This document shows, piece after piece, positions 10,812 to 21,922 of a DNA stretch of 64,000 bases. Made by a program: the position numbers and the translations under genes. The stretch is from assembly GCA_965216325.1 (NCBI GenBank), contig OZ244160.1:2496001-2560000 (forward strand), read 5' to 3'. Origin of the DNA: Coraliomargarita sp. (GTDB taxonomy: Bacteria; Verrucomicrobiota; Verrucomicrobiia; Opitutales; Coraliomargaritaceae). Within the stretch, counting starts at the first letter, position 1; every line of letters begins with the position of its first letter. The notes beneath the pieces were generated by a model. That model was not told the DNA's origin, did no database searches, and saw only the letters and a program-made list of their open reading frames with translations.

Positions 10812-11507
10812 ATGCTTACTTTTACTGAATTTGAAGCGAATCTGACCGCAGTGCGTGCTCGTATCGAGGCTGCATGCTTAGCTGCTCAGCGTTCCAAAGA
10901 CAGTGTTCAATTGCTTCCTGTGACTAAAAATCATCCCGAGGATGCGGTGTCCTATGCTGCGCGTGCTGGGTTGAGGTCTGTCGGGGAGAATCGCGTTCAA
11001 GAGGCAGCTGAGAAGCGCCAATTGACGACCGCTGATGTGCGCTGGGAACTAATTGGGCATCTGCAGTCGAATAAGGTGAAGGACGCTGTTGCCGTTTTCG
11101 ACCGTATTCAATCGGTGGATTCCCTGAAACTCCTGCATCGGATCGACCGACTCTGTGGAGAGGTGGGCAAGCAAATGCCAATTCTATTACAGTGTAATGC
11201 AGGCGAAGATCCGAATAAGTATGGTTTTCCGGTCGAGCATATGTCGGCGGCACTCGAAGCTGGACTTGATGCGAAGGCATTGCAAATCGAGGGCTTGATG
11301 ACAATTGCACCGCTTGACGAAGACCCGAATGTGGCGCGTGCTACTTTTGAGCGGCTTCGTATTTTAAGGGATGAGTTGGAGCAGCGGTTTGCGGTGTTGC
11401 TGCCGGAGCTCTCTATGGGGATGACCGGGGATCTTGAACAAGCGATTGCAGCGGGCTCGACTCAGATTCGTGTTGGCACAGCACTGTATGGCGCACGTGT
11501 TTACTGA
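10812..11507 (+). CDS. yggS: YggS/PLPBP pyridoxal-phosphate homeostasis protein
   Basis: LLPVTK, GENRVQEA, LIGHLQSNK, LSMGMTGD, IRVGTALYG. Confidence 0.95.
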   Translation: MLTFTEFEANLTAVRARIEAACLAAQRSKDSVQLLPVTKNHPEDAVSYAARAGLRSVGENRVQEAAEKRQLTTADVRWELIGHLQSNKVKDAVAVFDRIQSVDSLKLLHRIDRLCGEVGKQMPILLQCNAGEDPNKYGFPVEHMSAALEAGLDAKALQIEGLMTIAPLDEDPNVARATFERLRILRDELEQRFAVLLPELSMGMTGDLEQAIAAGSTQIRVGTALYGARVY

Positions 11508-12664
11508 TTTGTGATTAGGTCGCGGAGCTCATTTATCTGCTCTGCGATTCGATCGCTCCTTGTATCGCTCTTCAGATTTAGCGATAGGGATTCCAGTAAC
11601 TCCAAAACTCTGGGGATGCCTCGAATGCTGGCGATTCCGGTGAGTTTGTGGACACTGCGTCGCTGTCGAGTGATATCGCCTGAGGCATGGTGCTTCTTGA
11701 GTTTTTCAAGTTCCGTTTGAAAGGCGTGCTGTTGTCGGGTTTTGAGTCGTTCCAGAGTCGTTTGGGAATTGTTGGCTAAGTACTCGAGTAAACTCGAGTC
11801 GGGGATTTCACTACTGCGAGGGAATGTGTTGGCCAGCAGTTTAGTGATTTTGGCCAAGGTGAGTGGTTTATGAATGAAATATTTAAAGCCAGCCTTCAGG
11901 CAGGCGTGTTCCATTTCTTCAGTGGCGTGCGCACTCAGGGCTATAAACTGGGGGGGCTTTGAGGCCTGTCCCTGTTTATATTGTTGCACGACATCGATGC
12001 CTGAGAGCCCAGGCATGTTGATGTCGAGTAGGGCTAGATCATAGTGCTTTTTTTGCAATTGCTTGAGTGTTTGGTGGCCGTCTTGTGCCCTGTCTACCGA
12101 TGCACCCATGCGGCTCAGGATTTCGGAGTTGATGTAGCGATTGAATTCTAAGTCGTCTGCGACCAGTGCTGAGCGATCTTGCAGTATTTTGTGGTAGGCC
12201 TGTTTCTTTGGGGCTGACTTTGGGTTGATCAGGGCACCGCATTCAAAGTGGAGGCTCAAGCGTAGTTCTGTGCCATTAATGCAATGGTCGTCGAGTTCGA
12301 CTGTGCCGCCCAATTCGCTTGCCATGTCGCGCGTGAGCACGAGTTGCTGATGAAACTCTTTGGACAAGCCAACGCTTCTGAGTGTAATGGAAAAACAGGC
12401 TTCAATTGAGTCTCCGGAGCTTGCGTTGAGTTCGAGACAAACGGAGCCGTTCGTAGACTCGTTGATTGCGCTGGAGAGCAACTTGATTAAAATCTGCCTA
12501 GTCGCAACCGGTGCTCCGATCCAAAGCGAGTCAATTGGCTTTGCTAGCTTGTGGCGTAATTTCAGGCCTTTCCGGAAGGCTTCTGATTCGTGAATTGAGA
12601 TGACTTCTTGTATGAGTTGCTGCGCATTAAAGGCCTCAATTTGTTGCTTGGAATTACGGTGCAT
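11501..12664 (-). CDS. Response regulator-like protein: degenerate HATPase region, receiver, Hpt-like tail
   Basis: ALVADD, LLDINMPGLSG, IALSA, IHKP receiver motifs; C-terminal VHKLTG. Confidence 0.8.
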   Translation of the reverse strand: MHRNSKQQIEAFNAQQLIQEVISIHESEAFRKGLKLRHKLAKPIDSLWIGAPVATRQILIKLLSSAINESTNGSVCLELNASSGDSIEACFSITLRSVGLSKEFHQQLVLTRDMASELGGTVELDDHCINGTELRLSLHFECGALINPKSAPKKQAYHKILQDRSALVADDLEFNRYINSEILSRMGASVDRAQDGHQTLKQLQKKHYDLALLDINMPGLSGIDVVQQYKQGQASKPPQFIALSAHATEEMEHACLKAGFKYFIHKPLTLAKITKLLANTFPRSSEIPDSSLLEYLANNSQTTLERLKTRQQHAFQTELEKLKKHHASGDITRQRRSVHKLTGIASIRGIPRVLELLESLSLNLKSDTRSDRIAEQINELRDLITNQ

Positions 12665-13003
12665 TATCAGATGCGTAAGAAAAACTTACGACTGAGCGTA
12701 GTTATGTATTAGTGAGTTTCAAGGTGCACTTTAGCCAAGTTGTTAAGTGGGGAGGGTGCTTGATTTTTGTCAAAAAACGTTATTTTGGTGCAAAAGGACT
12801 AATTGGCGAAGTTGTCTTCTTATACTAACGTGCTAGCTTTCTTGTCTATCAAAAGTAATCTGTCGTCATTGATGACGAATGTTGCTCGCAAAATTATAGA
12901 ATTTACCTGTTAGGGGTGATAGTAAGTCGCCGCTCAAAGAGAAGTTAGGGGGTCTCTTCGAGCGGCGCGTTTGTATCCATTCACGATTAAGGACTCGCCG
13001 CAG

Positions 13004-13702
13004 ATGGCTTCCCCAATTAACTCAAACAAGATGAAAGCACTGGTAGTAGAAGATGAAGAACTTGTTCGCGAGTTGCTCGCTAGTGTGGTGGCCCGTGAGT
13101 TTGATTTCGAAGAGGTTCTTGAAGCTGGAGATGGCGCAGGGGCCTGGGAACTCTATCAAGAGCATGCGGTAGATTTTGTCGTATTGGATCTGATGCTCCC
13201 TAGTCTAGATGGTCTGTCATTGGCACGAAGGATTTTGGAGCAGGATTTGGATCAGCGTGTATTGGCGATTTCCAGTGAATGCGACGAATATACTATTCGT
13301 GAGGTGAATCGTTCCGGTATTCTGGGCTTTGTGCATAAGAAAGAGCTTTCGTTGGAAGTCTTATTCGCGGCATTCAATGAAACCATGGCGGGGCATCCAT
13401 ACTACTCGGTCAATGCGCAGAAGCTAATCGAGAAAATGTGGGAAGACCCCGAAGTATACTACAAGGTCTTATCCGAGCGTGAGCTCCAAGTGCTACGTGC
13501 AGTGGCTCAGGGGCAGACTCACGAGGAGGTGGGGGAGTCTATGGGAATCAGTGCCTTTACCGTGCGTCGGCATAAGCACAACATGATGAAGAAACTTGCC
13601 ATTACAGATAGTGCTAGCCTAGTGCGTTTCGCTTTGGAAAAGGGCATTGTGAAGCATAAAGGCGGACTGGATTGGACTTCAGTCTCACACCAGAAGCATT
13701 AA
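13004..13702 (+). CDS. NarL/LuxR-family response regulator (start could be 13031)
   Basis: LVVEDE, VLDLMLPSLDG receiver; LSERELQVL...TVRRHKHNMMKKL LuxR HTH. Confidence 0.93.
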   Translation: MASPINSNKMKALVVEDEELVRELLASVVAREFDFEEVLEAGDGAGAWELYQEHAVDFVVLDLMLPSLDGLSLARRILEQDLDQRVLAISSECDEYTIREVNRSGILGFVHKKELSLEVLFAAFNETMAGHPYYSVNAQKLIEKMWEDPEVYYKVLSERELQVLRAVAQGQTHEEVGESMGISAFTVRRHKHNMMKKLAITDSASLVRFALEKGIVKHKGGLDWTSVSHQKH

Positions 13703-13990
13703 TTAAGCAACCGCAGTGGTTTCCCTTTTCCAGCAGGTAATGTCAAAAATGCGATAGGGCACTTCGTGCATCGCGAGTGAGTCCCATTCTTCGCAGCCGC
13801 TTTGTTGCTGCACGACGGCTACGATTGCATCATTGATCTGATAATAGTGCCCGAGAGTCTGTATGGGCTTTTCGGGTAGCTCAAGTTTGAGCGCGACCAT
13901 GTCTTTCATCGTCGATTTTGACTCGATCACGAACAGCCCAAACTGAGTTTGGAAACTTAATCGTATGTCTTTGAGCCCGGAAGCACTCAT
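13703..13990 (-). CDS. Hypothetical protein
   Basis: 95-aa ORF filling the gap downstream of xseA. Confidence 0.5.
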   Translation of the reverse strand: MSASGLKDIRLSFQTQFGLFVIESKSTMKDMVALKLELPEKPIQTLGHYYQINDAIVAVVQQQSGCEEWDSLAMHEVPYRIFDITCWKRETTAVA

Positions 13991-14062
13991 GTGGACATAA
14001 TAGCTGATATGCGTTGGTCGGGGTATACGTTAAACCACGTAATTTTGCTGTTTGATAGGTTT

Positions 14063-15433
14063 TTAACCTTTGGCTGAGGTATGATCCTCGAGCACTTTAA
14101 CATCAGTGCTGCCATCGTGGAAGCGAGCCCTAAGCTTTTGGCCTGTTGAGGTTTTTGCAACGGTATCGATGATGCTGCCATTCTCTGCCTGCATTACGAC
14201 ATAACCGCGCTGCATCGTGGCATTCAGGCTGCTGTTTTGCAGGCGTTTCTGTAAATACTCGAGTTGCTCTCGTTGATGGCCGAGTTGTATCTGAACTTCG
14301 CGTTCCAGGCGGTGCTTGAGCTCGCGGGTAGATAGTTTCGCTAGTGATACGCGGGTGCGTGGATGATGTTCATACAAGCCTTGCTGTAGGCTGGATAGAC
14401 GCTGCTGGTTCTGTGCGAGTCGATCTTTCAGCGCTTGGTTAATACGGTTCTCGTAGTCATCCAAGCGTAGGCTAAGGTTTTCCAGTTGTCGTGCAGGTGC
14501 AAGAATTTGCATGCGTGCCTGTCGATCGCGCAGCTGGGTTTTGGCATCTGAAATTCCTTGTTCCGCGTAGTAACGTAAGTTCTCGCCTGCCGTTTCGGCA
14601 CGCTCCCAGCTGTCTAGGTAGAGTGACGAAATGAGCTCTGCTGCGCCAGAGGGAGTTTCTGCGCGGCGGTCGGCAATGTAGTCGGTGAGCACGACATCAA
14701 TCTCGTGGCCGACTGCTGAAATCACTGGAATCGGACAGGCGGCGACTGCGCGCGCGAGCGCTTCTTCGTTGAAGGCCCAAAGGTCTTCAATACTGCCACC
14801 GCCACGTGAAATCACTATCAGATCAAAGGTGGGCTCGCTCGCTGCAGCATGTTGGAGCATCCTCGTGATTTCGCCGGCAGCTTCGGTGCCTTGTACACGC
14901 GCAGGGAAGATGACAACTTCGCCGCGATAGTCACGCCGATGCAAGATGCGTAGGAAGTCTTTAATTGCGGCTCCAGTTGGCGAGGTGACAACCGCTATTC
15001 GTGCGGGGAGTGCGTGGAGTGGCAGCTTGTGCTCCTTATCGAAGAGGCCCTCGGCATAGAGTTTACGCTTCAACTGTTCGAACTGTGCTTGCAGTCGGCC
15101 CACTCCACTCTCAATCGCGATCTTTGCAATGAGTTGGTAGCGTCCGTGCGGTTCATACACAGAAATGTCGCCGAATAAGACCACTTCCATGCCCTCTTGA
15201 AGCTGGAAGGATTGACGTGCGGCATCGCGGGCAAACAAGACACAAGGCAGTTGGCTGCCACTGTCCTTCAGGGAGAAGTAAACGTGGCCCGAACTCTGAC
15301 GGCGCAGGTTCGAGACTTCTCCCTGCACCCAGACTTGTGCAAACTCACTTTCAAGACGCCGTTTGATATGACGTGTGAGTTCGCTGACTTTCAGGACGTT
15401 CTCCTGATCGGGTTTGAGTAGATCATCCAGCAT
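14063..15433 (-). CDS. xseA: Exodeoxyribonuclease VII large subunit
   Basis: [57 protein letters not shown]. Confidence 0.97.
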   Translation of the reverse strand: MLDDLLKPDQENVLKVSELTRHIKRRLESEFAQVWVQGEVSNLRRQSSGHVYFSLKDSGSQLPCVLFARDAARQSFQLQEGMEVVLFGDISVYEPHGRYQLIAKIAIESGVGRLQAQFEQLKRKLYAEGLFDKEHKLPLHALPARIAVVTSPTGAAIKDFLRILHRRDYRGEVVIFPARVQGTEAAGEITRMLQHAAASEPTFDLIVISRGGGSIEDLWAFNEEALARAVAACPIPVISAVGHEIDVVLTDYIADRRAETPSGAAELISSLYLDSWERAETAGENLRYYAEQGISDAKTQLRDRQARMQILAPARQLENLSLRLDDYENRINQALKDRLAQNQQRLSSLQQGLYEHHPRTRVSLAKLSTRELKHRLEREVQIQLGHQREQLEYLQKRLQNSSLNATMQRGYVVMQAENGSIIDTVAKTSTGQKLRARFHDGSTDVKVLEDHTSAKG

Positions 15434-16109
15434 TGGTCTGATTGCGACTACGCAGCATGCGTGTAATTAGAATTAGAACAATCAGCAGCATGGCACCGGT
15501 CAAGGCGATCCCCGTATTGCCCTCGAAGATCGAGCCGCTGGTTACGATGAAGGCGACGGTATAGAGACTCGCGATCGGTAGAGAAACCATCAGATACGTC
15601 GGGAAGGGGATGCCGAGCACGCCCAGTACGATGTTTTGCAAGGCATAGGGAAACCCCGGAGTAATGCGAATGATAAAGCCGAGGCGTAGTGCGTTGCGCT
15701 GGGTCATCTCAGGCAGGGCTCGATTGCGTAGAACATAGTGTCGCAGGAAATCTCGGAGAGGACCCGCTGACAAGAAGTAGGTCCAGACCGTGCAGCAGGA
15801 CTGAGCAGCGATGCCGATCAAGCAAGCGCCCAGGATCCCGTAGTTAGGAACCATGACGAGGCCGAACAATATCAGAAGGGGGCTAATGGGCACTCCGATG
15901 CCGGGTAAGATGACAATACTCAAAATCAATGCCCATGGATTGGCTTCGAGGAATTCACGCCCCAAAATCAGTAGCTGCTTCCAATATTCGAGATCAGGGT
16001 GCAGGGTCCATAATGTATAGACCGTGGCTGCAGACACGATTCCCGGAATTAGAAACAGGATCAGATTGCGCAAATTGCGCTTGTTTGAATCTGGGCTAGT
16101 CTCAGGCAT
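15423..16109 (-). CDS. DedA/TVP38 (VTT domain) membrane protein
   Basis: Multiple TM helices; [17 protein letters not shown] motif; overlaps the xseA start. Confidence 0.85.
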   Translation of the reverse strand: MPETSPDSNKRNLRNLILFLIPGIVSAATVYTLWTLHPDLEYWKQLLILGREFLEANPWALILSIVILPGIGVPISPLLILFGLVMVPNYGILGACLIGIAAQSCCTVWTYFLSAGPLRDFLRHYVLRNRALPEMTQRNALRLGFIIRITPGFPYALQNIVLGVLGIPFPTYLMVSLPIASLYTVAFIVTSGSIFEGNTGIALTGAMLLIVLILITRMLRSRNQTNAG

Positions 16110-16188
16110 CGGCGCGAACTTGGCACAAAATTATCCTGTGGCAACACTTGCTTGCCACGCCATGGAAATGCCCCAACATGCGCGACTT

Positions 16189-16794
16189 ATGGACGACGAA
16201 TTCAACGAATCTTCTGCTAATCCTTTTGCAATGGCACTCGCGGTGCTCGGCATCGTGCTAGGTGGTGCTGGCTTATACTTCGGTTTGACCGCGAACCAAC
16301 GTCTTGCGCCGATCAGTGCGACCCTGGAAGAAGGTTCCAGCTCTGCTGCTGTGTTGACGCAACAAATTGAGGGCTTCCAGCAGCAAATAGCGGAGCTTGA
16401 AGCGGAGGCTGAGGAGCTACGCCAGACTTTGAAGCGTGCCAACGCATACGGCAATGGCCGCGACAAGGCGATCAAGCAGCTGACTGCTGCGATCAATGAA
16501 AATCGTGAGCAGCTTGGCAAATATGGCAAAGAACTCACTGAACTTGCGTCCGGTAGCGTGCGCGTGTCGCCAGCTCCGGTTCCGAGTGCTACGCCTGCGG
16601 CAACTGTAAGTCCTTCGAGTTCCACGGAGGCCGTGAGTTCGCCTGCAGGGACGTATACGATTCAATCTGGTGATACACTTGGAAAAATTGCGTCTGCGAA
16701 AGGCGTGAGCCTGCAGGAGTTGCTTGATGCGAATCCAGGCATTCAGCCAACACGCTTGAGCATCGGCCAAACCATTAATATTCCAGCCAACTAA
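16189..16794 (+). CDS. Membrane-anchored coiled-coil LysM protein
   Basis: N-terminal TM helix, coiled coil, Pro/Ser linker, YTIQSGDTLGKIA...NPGIQPTRLSIGQTINIP. Confidence 0.88.
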   Translation: MDDEFNESSANPFAMALAVLGIVLGGAGLYFGLTANQRLAPISATLEEGSSSAAVLTQQIEGFQQQIAELEAEAEELRQTLKRANAYGNGRDKAIKQLTAAINENREQLGKYGKELTELASGSVRVSPAPVPSATPAATVSPSSSTEAVSSPAGTYTIQSGDTLGKIASAKGVSLQELLDANPGIQPTRLSIGQTINIPAN

Positions 16795-16797
16795 TTG

Positions 16798-17370
16798 ATG
16801 GCCTCGTCGAATGAGCCGGGAACGCCGCCGCGCTGGGATTTACTTGATGATCAGCTGCTGACGCCCTGTCGGGTTTGGGAGTTGCGTGCTCGGCGCTACC
16901 GCCATCCATCCAACGGAAAGGAAGGCGAGTTTTATTACCTGAACTCACGCGACTGGGCCGTTGTGGTTGCCCGCACAGTCGATGATCATCTAATCATGGT
17001 TCGGCAGTTTCGCTGGGGCTCGGATGAGCTTTCATGGGAGTTGCCCGGTGGTATCGTTGACGAGGGCGAAGATCCGGTGGCTGCCGGGTTGCGCGAACTC
17101 AAGGAAGAGACGGGGTATATAGCGGAATGCGGACAACACCTTGGCTGTTGTTCTCCAAACCCGGCAATCCTCAACAATCGTTGCCATGTGATTTTCGCAG
17201 ACAATGTTCGTTTAGGCGTTGCAGGGACTGATTGGGATGAGCATGAGGAAATGCAGATTCAAGCGGTTCCTGTAGACGAAGTGCTTCAATGGGCTCGTGA
17301 ATGTCAAATTGACCACGCGTTGGCACTTGTTGGACTGCTCTATTTTCAGCTCAAGGTCTCGCAGAGTTAG
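16798..17370 (+). CDS. NUDIX hydrolase (ADP-ribose pyrophosphatase-like)
   Basis: Nudix box [29 protein letters not shown]. Confidence 0.93.
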   Translation: MASSNEPGTPPRWDLLDDQLLTPCRVWELRARRYRHPSNGKEGEFYYLNSRDWAVVVARTVDDHLIMVRQFRWGSDELSWELPGGIVDEGEDPVAAGLRELKEETGYIAECGQHLGCCSPNPAILNNRCHVIFADNVRLGVAGTDWDEHEEMQIQAVPVDEVLQWARECQIDHALALVGLLYFQLKVSQS

Positions 17371-17433
17371 GAGCTCGTGCTTGCACGATGCCAAGGTGTG
17401 TTGCGCACCAGCAAGCAGCGCGCTGAAGAACGA

Positions 17434-18060
17434 CTATAACAAGTTCGTTGGCAGGTCCTCTGCTGCGGCTGGGCTCGTCTCATCGGCATCTGTAGCCTTG
17501 GGTAGGGGCCCTATAGTGATGTCACCGGCTAGACGTTCGAGCGATTCCGTCTCGATGGTCTTGCCGCTCACTTCAGCTTCAACAATTAGGGCACAGAGTT
17601 CACAGGCAATGTGCCAGTTTTGCCGTGCGCTGTAGTCCATCGTATCGCCGATAGTGGTCGAAAGCTCGTGCCATAGTTGATCCCAAAGGCCTGCAAAGTG
17701 CTTGGTGAGCGGGTCGGGGTGAGCTTTACGCCAGATTAGCAGTTGGGATGCCGTCCTGTCTGCACGAAATGCACGCACAAGATGGTTGCTGATTGTGCGT
17801 AGAGCACTGGCACCGCTTTCGCTTTCGTTCAACTTGCTGACTAGCTCATTAATCTCGGGCAACCAGTTGCGGCTTTCGGCCACACGTTGGAGGAGGCCGT
17901 CCATGTTGCCAAAATAACGATAGATGAGCACTTTGTCAGAGCCAGCTATCTGAGCTACATTATTGACACCGATACCGCTGCAGCCTTGTTCGGCTACTAG
18001 CTGCAGAACGGCGTTCTGGAACTTTTGCTCAGTCAGCGGGCGTGAACGTTTTTGTGGCAT
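17434..18060 (-). CDS. TetR/AcrR-family regulator
   Basis: GVNNVAQIAGSDKVLIYRYFG HTH. Confidence 0.9.
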   Translation of the reverse strand: MPQKRSRPLTEQKFQNAVLQLVAEQGCSGIGVNNVAQIAGSDKVLIYRYFGNMDGLLQRVAESRNWLPEINELVSKLNESESGASALRTISNHLVRAFRADRTASQLLIWRKAHPDPLTKHFAGLWDQLWHELSTTIGDTMDYSARQNWHIACELCALIVEAEVSGKTIETESLERLAGDITIGPLPKATDADETSPAAAEDLPTNLL

Positions 18061-18122
18061 TAACTGTTGTTATGCCGCTTTCATCGAACTGTGCAAGTCT
18101 CGCTCAAGAAAACAGAACTTTT

Positions 18123-18584
18123 TTAGCGTGCGATATCCTGTTGGCCGATCACACGGAGTTGATGGCGCTGTAAGGTGTCGGCAGCCAGATCGTTGTCTTC
18201 CAGGCTGATGGCCAATGCAGATTTCCCCTGTGGGCGTGAAATGAATGGGTAGATGTAATGGATGTTGATCTCAGCTTGAACCAGTGCACAGGTCACAATC
18301 TTGATGTCGGATTCACTGTTGAGCTCGACCGCGATCAACTCGCTCTGCACGAAGGAAAACTGGTGCTCGATCAAAAGCTTTTGGGCTTCTTCAGGGTAGT
18401 CCACGATGGTGCGGATGATTGAACTGTCCGTGGTGTCGAGAATCGACATTGCCATAATGTGCACTTCATGGACAGACAGCAGCCCGACGATTTCGTTGAG
18501 CCGCCCGACCTTGTTATCGGCGTGAATCGAAAATTGAATCACAGGTCGGAAGGGATGAGGGTCTCGCATCACATCTGAAGGCAT
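18123..18584 (-). CDS. ACT-domain protein (start 18584 or 18569)
   Basis: [13 protein letters not shown] and [11 protein letters not shown] tandem ACT pattern. Confidence 0.85.
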   Translation of the reverse strand: MPSDVMRDPHPFRPVIQFSIHADNKVGRLNEIVGLLSVHEVHIMAMSILDTTDSSIIRTIVDYPEEAQKLLIEHQFSFVQSELIAVELNSESDIKIVTCALVQAEINIHYIYPFISRPQGKSALAISLEDNDLAADTLQRHQLRVIGQQDIAR

Positions 18585-18686
18585 ACAGCTTAAGATACCC
18601 AAAAATGAACAGCTTGCACGGTTTTTTTTGGCAGTTGAAGGGCTGCTTACTTGCACCTCTGATGAGGCCGAATAGTGTTTGCGGCG

Positions 18687-19676
18687 ATGTCTTATATTCC
18701 CGCCTCTGATCGTTATCAAAAACTGGCTTACCAACGCTGTGGGCGTAGTGGCTTGAAGCTGCCCCCGGTCTCGCTGGGACTGTGGCACAACTTCGGCGAT
18801 GTCGATGATTTTGAAAATATGCGTGCGTTGGTACACTGTGCATTCGACTCGGGTATAACGCACTTTGATTTGGCGAATAATTATGGACCGCCGCCCGGTT
18901 CCGCTGAGCGCAATTTCGGCAAGATTCTGGCGACTGATTTACGCGCCTACCGAGACGAGCTCATTATTTCAAGCAAAGCAGGCTACCTGATGTGGGATGG
19001 GCCTTATGGCGAGTGGGGCTCACGTAAGAACTTGCTTTCCAGTCTCGACCAAAGTCTACAGCGCATGGGCCTCGACTATGTCGATATTTTCTACAGCCAT
19101 CGCCCAGATCCGGAAACCCCGCTCGGGGAAACCATGGGTGCTTTGGACACGGCCGTGCGCTCAGGCAAAGCACTCTATGTGGGGATTTCAAACTATCGGC
19201 CTGAGCAGGCCCGTGAAGCCATTCGTATTCTTCGTGAACTGGGGACTCCGTGTCTAGTTCACCAACCGAGCTATAATATTTTTGACCGATGGGTGGAGGA
19301 TGGCTTGCTCGATTTGCTGACTGAAGAGGGAGTTGGCTCGATCGTTTTCTCACCCCTCGCTCAAGGCATGCTGACCAATAAGTATCTGAAAGCGATTCCA
19401 AGCGACTCCCGTGCTGCAAAGGAGAGTAGTCCATTCTTGGATTCGGACCGGGTGCGGGAGCACTTGCCGAAGATTCAAGCGCTCAATGAAATTGCACAAG
19501 CGCGTGGGCAGTCTCTGGCGCAAATGGCAATCGCATGGGTGCTTCGTCAGCCTGCTGTGACATCGGCACTCATTGGCGCGAGCCGTTGTGAGCAAATTAC
19601 CGATATCCTTGCGGGCCTGAACGCAGATCCGTTTAGTGACGAAGAACTGCAGGCAATTGATGCTGCGAGTACTTAG
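18687..19676 (+). CDS. mgrA: Aldo/keto reductase, L-glyceraldehyde-3-phosphate reductase (YghZ/MgrA type)
   Basis: [46 protein letters not shown]. Confidence 0.9.
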   Translation: MSYIPASDRYQKLAYQRCGRSGLKLPPVSLGLWHNFGDVDDFENMRALVHCAFDSGITHFDLANNYGPPPGSAERNFGKILATDLRAYRDELIISSKAGYLMWDGPYGEWGSRKNLLSSLDQSLQRMGLDYVDIFYSHRPDPETPLGETMGALDTAVRSGKALYVGISNYRPEQAREAIRILRELGTPCLVHQPSYNIFDRWVEDGLLDLLTEEGVGSIVFSPLAQGMLTNKYLKAIPSDSRAAKESSPFLDSDRVREHLPKIQALNEIAQARGQSLAQMAIAWVLRQPAVTSALIGASRCEQITDILAGLNADPFSDEELQAIDAAST

Positions 19677-19895
19677 CTAGAACTTCCAATTTGAGCCGCT
19701 GAAACGAGCGCGTTTGGTGCCCTTGGAAAATTTTGAAGCTTCGCTAGCCCATCGGCATAGTGCTCACGTGCCTCGACTGTTGGCGCAACTAGGGACGGGC
19801 TAGTTTCCTTAATCGATTGAGTCCAACCGTGTTCTGCTAGTTCCTTAAACGCTTGTTTATCGGAATTACTTAGACGTGCCCTACCAGTCTTTCAT
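19677..19895 (-). pseudogene. Possible doubly frameshifted small-protein remnant
   Basis: MK/fs/TGRARLSNSDKQAFKELAEHGWTQS...EAREHY/fs/CRWASEASKFSKGTKRARFSGSNWKF*. Confidence 0.4.
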
Positions 19896-19943
19896 TGTTT
19901 CGATTTTTGCCTCTTGAGCTAATCCAAGCTGAAAGCCCTCCGT

Positions 19944-20003
19944 CGAAACTGTTTCACAGTTCCGCTGCCTGTGATTCGTAGCGGAAGTGCGACAGCACTT
20001 TCG
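19944..20003. repeat. Inverted pair of GTAG-type REP-like palindromes (family A)
   Basis: 19944-19968 reverse complement GCAGCGGAACTGTGAAACAGTTTCG; 19978-20003 GTAGCGGAAGTGCGACAGCACTTTCG. Confidence 0.75.
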
Positions 20004-20012
20004 ATCAGAGCC

Positions 20013-20894
20013 TTACTCGACGTTTTGCACCTGTTCGCGTATGCGTTCGAGGCCGTTCTTGCCATCGATCACGGCTCGGGTGATTTCGATTTGAGTCGAC
20101 TTGCTGCCGGTGGTGTTGAACTCGCGGTGAATCTCTTGGCAGAGAAAGTCCATCTTGCGGCCAGTGGCTTGGTCAGACGCTAGAAATTCGCGGAATTGTT
20201 CGAAGTGACTCTTTAGGCGCGTGGTCTCTTCGCTCACATCTGATCGATCGGCAAAGAGTGCGATTTCCTTGAGCACGCGTTCATCATTAAGATCCAGCTC
20301 CAGTTCAAGTTGCTTGAGGCGTTCCAGTAATGCGTCACGGTATTTGCCAGTCGCGTCCTTTGCGTGTGTTTCAATAGTTTCGCGGAGTGTATCCAACTCA
20401 TCGATACGTTGTCGCAGGTCTTCTGCGAGTGCCTTTCCTTCGCGTTCTCGCATGGCATCGATATCGGTAAGCGCTTCTTTAAAGGCCGTTTCGATTGAGG
20501 ACTCGATATCTTTCCAGTCAGGTAAACTGCCGCTGTCTTTGAGCGTCTTGGCCAAGTCGAGCAGTAGGGCGCCGTTTACTTCGAAGGGTAGGCCGTTCTG
20601 TTCGGCATAGGAGCGTAGCCCCGCGATGGCCTCATCCATACTCTGCGTGTTCCAGCAAAGTCCGCTCTGGCTTCCTTCAGTGGACTCCACTTTGATTTGC
20701 ACGTTTACACGGCCGCGCTGGTAGCTCTGTTTGAGCCATTCGGTGCAGCGCTGGTCGAGGCCGCTCCACTCGCGTGGTGCCGATACAAATGCATCCAGTG
20801 TCTTGCGGTTCACCGAGGTAATCTCGATGTCGATGCGAAGTTGCTGCTCTGTGATCTCGGCGGAGCCGCGACCAAATCCTGTCATGCTTTTCAT
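20013..20894 (-). CDS. yicC: YicC/YloC-family endoribonuclease
   Basis: [47 protein letters not shown]. Confidence 0.95.
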   Translation of the reverse strand: MKSMTGFGRGSAEITEQQLRIDIEITSVNRKTLDAFVSAPREWSGLDQRCTEWLKQSYQRGRVNVQIKVESTEGSQSGLCWNTQSMDEAIAGLRSYAEQNGLPFEVNGALLLDLAKTLKDSGSLPDWKDIESSIETAFKEALTDIDAMREREGKALAEDLRQRIDELDTLRETIETHAKDATGKYRDALLERLKQLELELDLNDERVLKEIALFADRSDVSEETTRLKSHFEQFREFLASDQATGRKMDFLCQEIHREFNTTGSKSTQIEITRAVIDGKNGLERIREQVQNVE

Positions 20895-20916
20895 AGTTCA
20901 GTGAGGTTGATGGGGG

Positions 20917-21780
20917 CTAGATTGCCGTTGTTTGGCTAAGTAGGAAAGTCATTAGAAGGCTGAAGGCGTTGAAGCATGCATGGAAGCACATGGGCACGAG
21001 GATGTTGCCTTCTTCTTCGTATAGGTACGCGAGCAAGATGCCGATCACCATGAGTGGCACGAAGGTTGCCAAGTTGGCGTGCATCAGGGAAAATAAAGTC
21101 CCGCTAATTAAAAAGGCGAAAGGGATATTGGTTTTGCTTTTCAGAAAACGATACAAGCAGCCACGAAAGAGTAGCTCTTCTGAAATGGGCGCTAAGACTA
21201 CAGCAAAGAGCGTCAGCAGTATCATGCCCAAGATATTGCCACCTTCGGCAAAGAGTGTGACGAGTGGTTGTGGCGGCGCTTTAACATCCAGTAAATGGAT
21301 GATGCCTCCCCAGATTAAGCTGGCGATCCAGATGACTGGAACAAAGCGGACGAACAGCACCAATGCCCGTGGGAATGCCCGACCGAAAGTCATCCGGGTG
21401 CGATTCAAACTGCCCGAGTAATGGAGTGGGTAGCCGCGGCGAAGGCCAAAGAAGACACCCAGCATCGGGATGTGCAGGATGCAGACTGATAGAATGGCAG
21501 TTCCCATCGTGAGTTCGCCATCAGCAGCATTGATCGTGTTGGCAAATAGAGAGCCGACGAGGATCTGCATGAAGAAGATGGCTGTGATAATCGCGCAGAC
21601 AAAGATCAAGAAGTTGGTCCAGCCGATAGGCCATGCCGGTAGTGGTTCGCGTTCGGCAGCTTCGATTTCTTTGCCACCAAGTAGCTTCTTAATCCATAGC
21701 AAGGCACTGGTGCCGATGATCAACAAAATCACGACAGAGATCAGTGCCTCGATTGGGCCTATATCTTGTGCCTCTGGCAT
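20917..21780 (-). CDS. CPBP (CAAX/Abi) intramembrane glutamic protease
   Basis: APISEELLFRG, FSLMH, HACFN; multiple TM helices. Confidence 0.92.
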   Translation of the reverse strand: MPEAQDIGPIEALISVVILLIIGTSALLWIKKLLGGKEIEAAEREPLPAWPIGWTNFLIFVCAIITAIFFMQILVGSLFANTINAADGELTMGTAILSVCILHIPMLGVFFGLRRGYPLHYSGSLNRTRMTFGRAFPRALVLFVRFVPVIWIASLIWGGIIHLLDVKAPPQPLVTLFAEGGNILGMILLTLFAVVLAPISEELLFRGCLYRFLKSKTNIPFAFLISGTLFSLMHANLATFVPLMVIGILLAYLYEEEGNILVPMCFHACFNAFSLLMTFLLSQTTAI

Positions 21781-21802
21781 ACTAGGCGCGATTCTTCAAG
21801 GG

Positions 21803-21873
21803 GTAGGGCTCGTTATCCTTAACGAGCCGTTCCATTGTCGACGTGGCGGTTTGGTGGGGATGTCGAACCCTAC
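21803..21873. repeat. Inverted pair of GTAGGG-type REP-like palindromes
   Basis: GTAGGGCTCGTTATCCTTAACGAGCCG (21803-21829) and degenerate partner 21847-21873 (reverse complement GTAGGGTTCGACATCCCCACCAAACCG). Confidence 0.6.
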
Positions 21874-21922
21874 AATGTACACGCTCCAGCGCTGCCTGTG
21901 TGGTTAGAGTCCGCATGCGTAC

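Noticed and set aside
12901..12909. ATTTACCTG shared with the reverse strand near 48107-48115 as a regulator site
   Set aside because: One 9-bp match is too weak to separate from chance.
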